64,000 nt of DNA from Opitutaceae bacterium (GTDB lineage Bacteria > Verrucomicrobiota > Verrucomicrobiia > Opitutales > Coraliomargaritaceae): contig JBPOFY010000002.1 of assembly GCA_051252375.1 (NCBI GenBank), forward strand, positions 320,001 through 384,000, read 5' to 3'. Below are positions 60,090-64,000 of this stretch, piece by piece; positions within the stretch are counted from its first letter, which is position 1, and the number at the start of each line of letters is the position of its first letter. The notes under the pieces were generated by a model that did not search any database, was not told the origin of the DNA, and worked only from the letters and a program-made list of their open reading frames with translations. Both the position numbers and the translations under genes were made by a program.

Positions 60090-60195
60090 AAAGTGGCCAG
60101 GCACCCTACGGCACATGAGGATTAGGCGATCGCTGCTCCCTTCCGGGCCTGACGAGGTTAACCTGTCCGTCATTGCATAGGACCCGGCCACCTTT
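60090..60195 (-). ncRNA. ffs: Bacterial small SRP RNA (4.5S)
   Basis: Minus strand has TCAGGCCCGGAAGGGAGCAGC (domain IV with GGAA loop) and paired ends GTGGCC/GGCCAC; lies upstream of dnaX. Confidence 0.93.
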
Positions 60196-60294
60196 AGGAG
60201 ACACCATGTTCTACGATCCGTTCAACCCTAAAAGTAAAATATTTTCAGCATTCAAGGTTCGACCTTCCTAGATCGATGTTTGATATTTTTAACA

Positions 60295-61356
60295 ATGCAA
60301 GTCGCCGCGACCCAACACCGTAAGCAATTTTTCCCGATCAATCAGCTCTTTCGTGAGTATTTGAAGGAGTTCCACCGCGCGATGGAACTGCCCGTGACCT
60401 ACGAAGATTTGCTCAAATATGATGATTCCTTCCCATTGATCGACAAAGACGGGAAAGATACGCTCTGGCAGACATTGATTTACGAGCAACAATTCGGTCG
60501 TGATGTCTATGAAGGGCTGAAAAAGATCTACGTCATCCTTCGCTCCGGTGGCGATGAGTCGACCTTGAGCAATCTCTATATCGACCGCGTCGATTTTTGC
60601 ACATTCGGCAACACCAAGCCGATGCGTGTGCGGGTGGTAAATCAATACAACGACAACCACGATTACTTCTACGTAAAAAAAGCGGATGCCTCGCGTATTT
60701 ATGGACTGGAACTGGAGGAACTACTTTCACCCAACCATATCAATTTCCTCGTGCACCAAGATACCCTGATCGAGGAGCACATCATCGGCGTGCCGGGTGA
60801 CGACTTCATCCGCGAATACCTCCCCCGCCCTGACCTGCATGAGGTGCGCTTGGCTAAGGAGTTCATCAAATTCAACGAACGCTGCTTCGTGCGTTTGCTG
60901 GGTGATATGCGGGCCTACAATTACGTCGTCGAGGTAACGCCCGACTTTGAGCAAAATCAATACCGTGTGCGCGCGATCGATTTCGACCAACAGAGCTATG
61001 AGGGCCGCCGTAGCCTCTACCTTCCGCAGTTCTTCAAGAACAACTATGCAGTGGTCAAGCTCTGCACAGATTTGATCAATGTTGAAACCAGTAAGCAGTA
61101 TCAGCACGAAGAACGCACCCTCATTAAACGGCGCCTAAAATTCGCACTGCATCGCGTCCAGCATTTGCGCACTTGCATGTGCGCAGACAAAATTTCGAGC
61201 ACCGAAAAGATGCATCAGCTCCGTAAAGAACTGGCAGAAATGCATAATGACTTCCGCTTCATGCTTTGCCAATCGATGGGTGAAATCACCTTTTTAAATA
61301 TCACAATCACGCTCCGACTGACTGGTGCCGCGGCGTATTTCCCGGAAGGTGCATAA
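60295..61356 (+). CDS. Conserved hypothetical protein with kinase-like motifs
   Basis: FGNTKP, YVKKAD, LLGDMRAYN and IDFD. Confidence 0.75.
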   Translation: MQVAATQHRKQFFPINQLFREYLKEFHRAMELPVTYEDLLKYDDSFPLIDKDGKDTLWQTLIYEQQFGRDVYEGLKKIYVILRSGGDESTLSNLYIDRVDFCTFGNTKPMRVRVVNQYNDNHDYFYVKKADASRIYGLELEELLSPNHINFLVHQDTLIEEHIIGVPGDDFIREYLPRPDLHEVRLAKEFIKFNERCFVRLLGDMRAYNYVVEVTPDFEQNQYRVRAIDFDQQSYEGRRSLYLPQFFKNNYAVVKLCTDLINVETSKQYQHEERTLIKRRLKFALHRVQHLRTCMCADKISSTEKMHQLRKELAEMHNDFRFMLCQSMGEITFLNITITLRLTGAAAYFPEGA

Positions 61357-61368
61357 TCCTCAAGACAG

Positions 61369-61511
61369 AAGTTAGGAGTTAGAATTGAGAAGTTAGGCAT
61401 TCATCATGAAAGACTTACTGTCGCAGTGACGTGCGCCAAAACGGCGAGAGTCCAGTCGGCCTTACCCCATTGACCTCCAGATACTAACTACTCACTCCTG
61501 CCTTCTAGCTA
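61369..61511. mobile_element. Inverted heptamer-repeat element with an internally deleted gene remnant
   Basis: AAGTTAG GAGTTAG AATTGAG AAGTTAG ... CTAACTA CTCACTC CTGCCTT CTAGCTA. Confidence 0.55.
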
Positions 61512-61532
61512 CTTTTTTTTTAAGCATAAACG

Positions 61533-61563
61533 AAAAAGCGGGGCCGCCGAAACGACCCCGCTT
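61533..61563 (-). terminator. Rho-independent terminator of the porin gene
   Basis: AAAAAGCGGGGCCG-CCGAAA-CGACCCCGCTT. Confidence 0.8.
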
Positions 61564-61590
61564 AACTCGTAAACAAAAACTACCTGACGG

Positions 61591-62820
61591 CTAGTATTTG
61601 AAATTCATTTCGAAGGTGAACATGTCTTTATCGACACCACCGACACCGCCAGAGCCACCATCGGAATCGTAGCTACCGTATTTAGCTACAAGGGAGAGAT
61701 ACTTATTCACCTTATAGCTGGCGACGAGGTCGATTTCATCGCCGTAATCACCAGCACCGCTTTCAGGAGAAAAGCTGTGGTAAATCAATTTAACTGGGAT
61801 GGATTTCTTTTCGCCAAGTGGAATCGCGTATCCAACATAACCATACACATCTTCAAGTCCGTTTGCGATGCCCGTGCCAGAAGCACCTAAGAAGACGTCG
61901 GCAAAGCCGTTGAATTTATGGAGTGTCGCCAATGGTGTGCGGAAGCCAGGCTCAAGCACTTCAAAACCGGCACCTACAGTGAATCCTGCAATCACAGCAG
62001 AAAGATCACCTGCCATGTAGTCGGCATCAAATGCTGCTGGTGATGCGTCATTGTCCCCTTGCTGAGCATAGCTTAACGCATAGTTAAAGGTGACCTCTTC
62101 TAGGGCAAAGCTACCAGTCGCACGTGCACCAATAGTATCACCGGATTGAGCCGGGGCATCCTCACCATCGATATTATACATGAAAGCAGTCAGTTTAAGT
62201 GCTTTCGAAAGCGCGAGCGACGCGTTTAAACCAAGGGCATCCAGGTCATTGTGTGCACCATTTACAGAGTGCACTTCATCAATGTAGAATGCACTGATCG
62301 TCAGCTTATCAACCGCAGTGTAAGCAGCAGTCAATGCATCGAACACTTGAATGTTTTGACGCCATCCGACGTGCCCGACGAAACGGTGATCATCGAGTGT
62401 ATAGACCTGACGACCCAGCTTAACGCTACCGAAGTCATCGTTCTTATAGTTCACCCACAACTGATTGAGGTCGGTGCCATCGCCTGCATCATCCGCAGGA
62501 TGAATGTCCGCAGCATCGCCACCGACACGTGTGAGTGTTTCACCTTCGACCATCGCGGTGAATCCGGCGAAAGCGGGCGTGGTGTAGCCATATCGGACGC
62601 GAAGTGATGTGCCGTCGCGGTCGCTCGCAGGAACGCCATTATCTAAGTCGAATGACTCATAGCGCAGACGTGCGTCGATGTTGAACTTACCCGGAACGGA
62701 TTCTTCAAGTTTACCAAAAGTAGAGTCTAAAGAAGACTCCACCGGATCAGCCAATAGGCAGGAGCTGCTTGCCGCTAGTGCAAGTACTGTGAGAGCGGAT
62801 GCTGTATGTAGTGATTTCAT
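61591..62820 (-). CDS. Outer-membrane beta-barrel (alginate export-like porin)
   Basis: Signal peptide; ARLRYE, KLGRQ, GHVGWRQN, TLHKFNGFAD, and an aromatic C-terminus (MNFKY). Confidence 0.85.
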   Translation of the reverse strand: MKSLHTASALTVLALAASSSCLLADPVESSLDSTFGKLEESVPGKFNIDARLRYESFDLDNGVPASDRDGTSLRVRYGYTTPAFAGFTAMVEGETLTRVGGDAADIHPADDAGDGTDLNQLWVNYKNDDFGSVKLGRQVYTLDDHRFVGHVGWRQNIQVFDALTAAYTAVDKLTISAFYIDEVHSVNGAHNDLDALGLNASLALSKALKLTAFMYNIDGEDAPAQSGDTIGARATGSFALEEVTFNYALSYAQQGDNDASPAAFDADYMAGDLSAVIAGFTVGAGFEVLEPGFRTPLATLHKFNGFADVFLGASGTGIANGLEDVYGYVGYAIPLGEKKSIPVKLIYHSFSPESGAGDYGDEIDLVASYKVNKYLSLVAKYGSYDSDGGSGGVGGVDKDMFTFEMNFKY

Positions 62821-62974
62821 TTTTCAGTTTGTTGTTTGTAAGAGAGTGCTGCGCACGTTTCGAATAACATCACCTTCCGTGCCAATAATCCTAATTTGAA
62901 ATGAATCGAACATGAGCAGAATTCATAAACGCTGTGAAATTTGTTCTTCGGCTACCATACGATTCAAAGCGTGC

Positions 62975-63397
62975 TCATTTCTCTGTAGCAGAAGCCATGA
63001 ATACTTTCAAAGTCGTGCACTCCAAGAAGTCGGACATCTGCATATCCAGCTCGACCAACTTATCATGCAACGGGCACGGATCACCGTTACCGCACCAACC
63101 CGGACCAAAAGGGCACTGCAGGCGATCGCCCCCTTTCTCGAATTGAATAACGATATCGTTCAACTTGATTTGATCGGGCGACTTAGCTAGCCAGTAGCCA
63201 CCACCGGGACCGCGCGTGCCGTCGACCAGGGAAGCCTGCGAAAGCACGACTAAGATTTTCGCGACCAACGTTTGCGGCAAATTACGACGCTCTGCGATAT
63301 CGCCGGAGCTCAGTTTTGTTTCACCGCCATCATATACCTCTGCGAGGTAACTCATGGCGGAGATGGCGTTTTGGGCAGTTTTTCCGTATTTAAGCAT
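62975..63397 (-). CDS. Rrf2-family transcriptional regulator with probable Fe-S ligands
   Basis: GTRGPGGGYWL and CPFGPGWCGNGDPCPLH. Confidence 0.92.
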   Translation of the reverse strand: MLKYGKTAQNAISAMSYLAEVYDGGETKLSSGDIAERRNLPQTLVAKILVVLSQASLVDGTRGPGGGYWLAKSPDQIKLNDIVIQFEKGGDRLQCPFGPGWCGNGDPCPLHDKLVELDMQMSDFLECTTLKVFMASATEK

Positions 63398-64000
63398 GTG
63401 TATCCTTTTTCAGGGAAACTTCACCCGAGAAAATCGGCATGGCAACACGGATCGCCAAAGTATAAATTATCAGACCAGCCGCCCAGATGCCTGCAGATAT
63501 CCGCCATTCCAAGCCATTGGGCAGATACTCGACGATTTCGTGCAAGGTATTGGGGATGAATCCGGGAATGATGAGTCCCATCCCCTTCTCGATCCAAATA
63601 CCAACGAAGGCGAGCACACAGGCAGTGATGAGCATCACAGGCTTTTGCGTAATATTAGGACGGAGTAAAAAGATCGCCGCGACAATTGTCAGCCCAACTG
63701 ATGTCCAAATCCAAGGCACCAAGGCATTGTATCCTTCGAGACCGAAGTAGAGATACTTGGCCGACGCAGTGTGCGAACCACCAGTATAGAACTCTGTAAA
63801 GACTTCCGACACGAGCATGAGCAAGTTGATCAAGATCGTGACCCGCATGATATTCACCAGAATCTTAATCGCGCCGTCCCCTACTTTGTATTTACTAAGA
63901 TAGCGGATTACTTCCAGTGCGAGTATGATGAAGGCTGGACCCGAAACGAAAGCGGAGGTCAAGAACCGCGGCGCAAGCAATGCGGTGTTCCAAAACGGCC
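63390..64000 (-). CDS. NrfD/DsrP-family polysulfide reductase membrane subunit, 3' part only
   Basis: PFWNTALLAPRFLTSAFVSGP and GIWIEKGMGLIIPGF; open to the window edge. Confidence 0.88.
   Translation of the reverse strand, partial: PFWNTALLAPRFLTSAFVSGPAFIILALEVIRYLSKYKVGDGAIKILVNIMRVTILINLLMLVSEVFTEFYTGGSHTASAKYLYFGLEGYNALVPWIWTSVGLTIVAAIFLLRPNITQKPVMLITACVLAFVGIWIEKGMGLIIPGFIPNTLHEIVEYLPNGLEWRISAGIWAAGLIIYTLAIRVAMPIFSGEVSLKKDTHA

Overview
A bacterial chromosomal window, most likely from a marine Verrucomicrobiota (Opitutales-like). This is inferred from gene content: sulfatases, DUF1080 proteins, a prepilin cassette, and secreted proteins ending in a shared 'F-x-R-L/I' domain. About 50 genes are present. 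Housekeeping: tex, gpsA, fdhD with a YdeP-like molybdoenzyme, msrB, slyX, dnaX, SRP RNA. Glycan degradation: 2 sulfatases, a heparinase II/III-like lyase, GH128, Gfo/Idh/MocA plus DUF1080, ThuA. Also signalling proteins and two reprolysin-MAM proteases. The most unusual region is 6.1-12.85 kb. It holds two diverged copies of a 166-bp attI-like platform, each ending exactly at a G|TT or G|AT cassette junction. They head five short cassette ORFs with three complete attC hairpins, and no integrase is in the window. The whole region sits in a mosaic of several GTAG-type REP/REPIN families, some with other small elements inserted in their loops. Other highlights: dnaX whose tau-like tail is only reachable by a -1 shift at an A10 run; an ethylene-receptor-like kinase with Asn at the ETR1 Asp25 position; a PilX-like gene apparently split in two; a four-repeat helical-hairpin lipoprotein; and several small gene remnants. 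All calls are by eye from motifs; no database searches were run.
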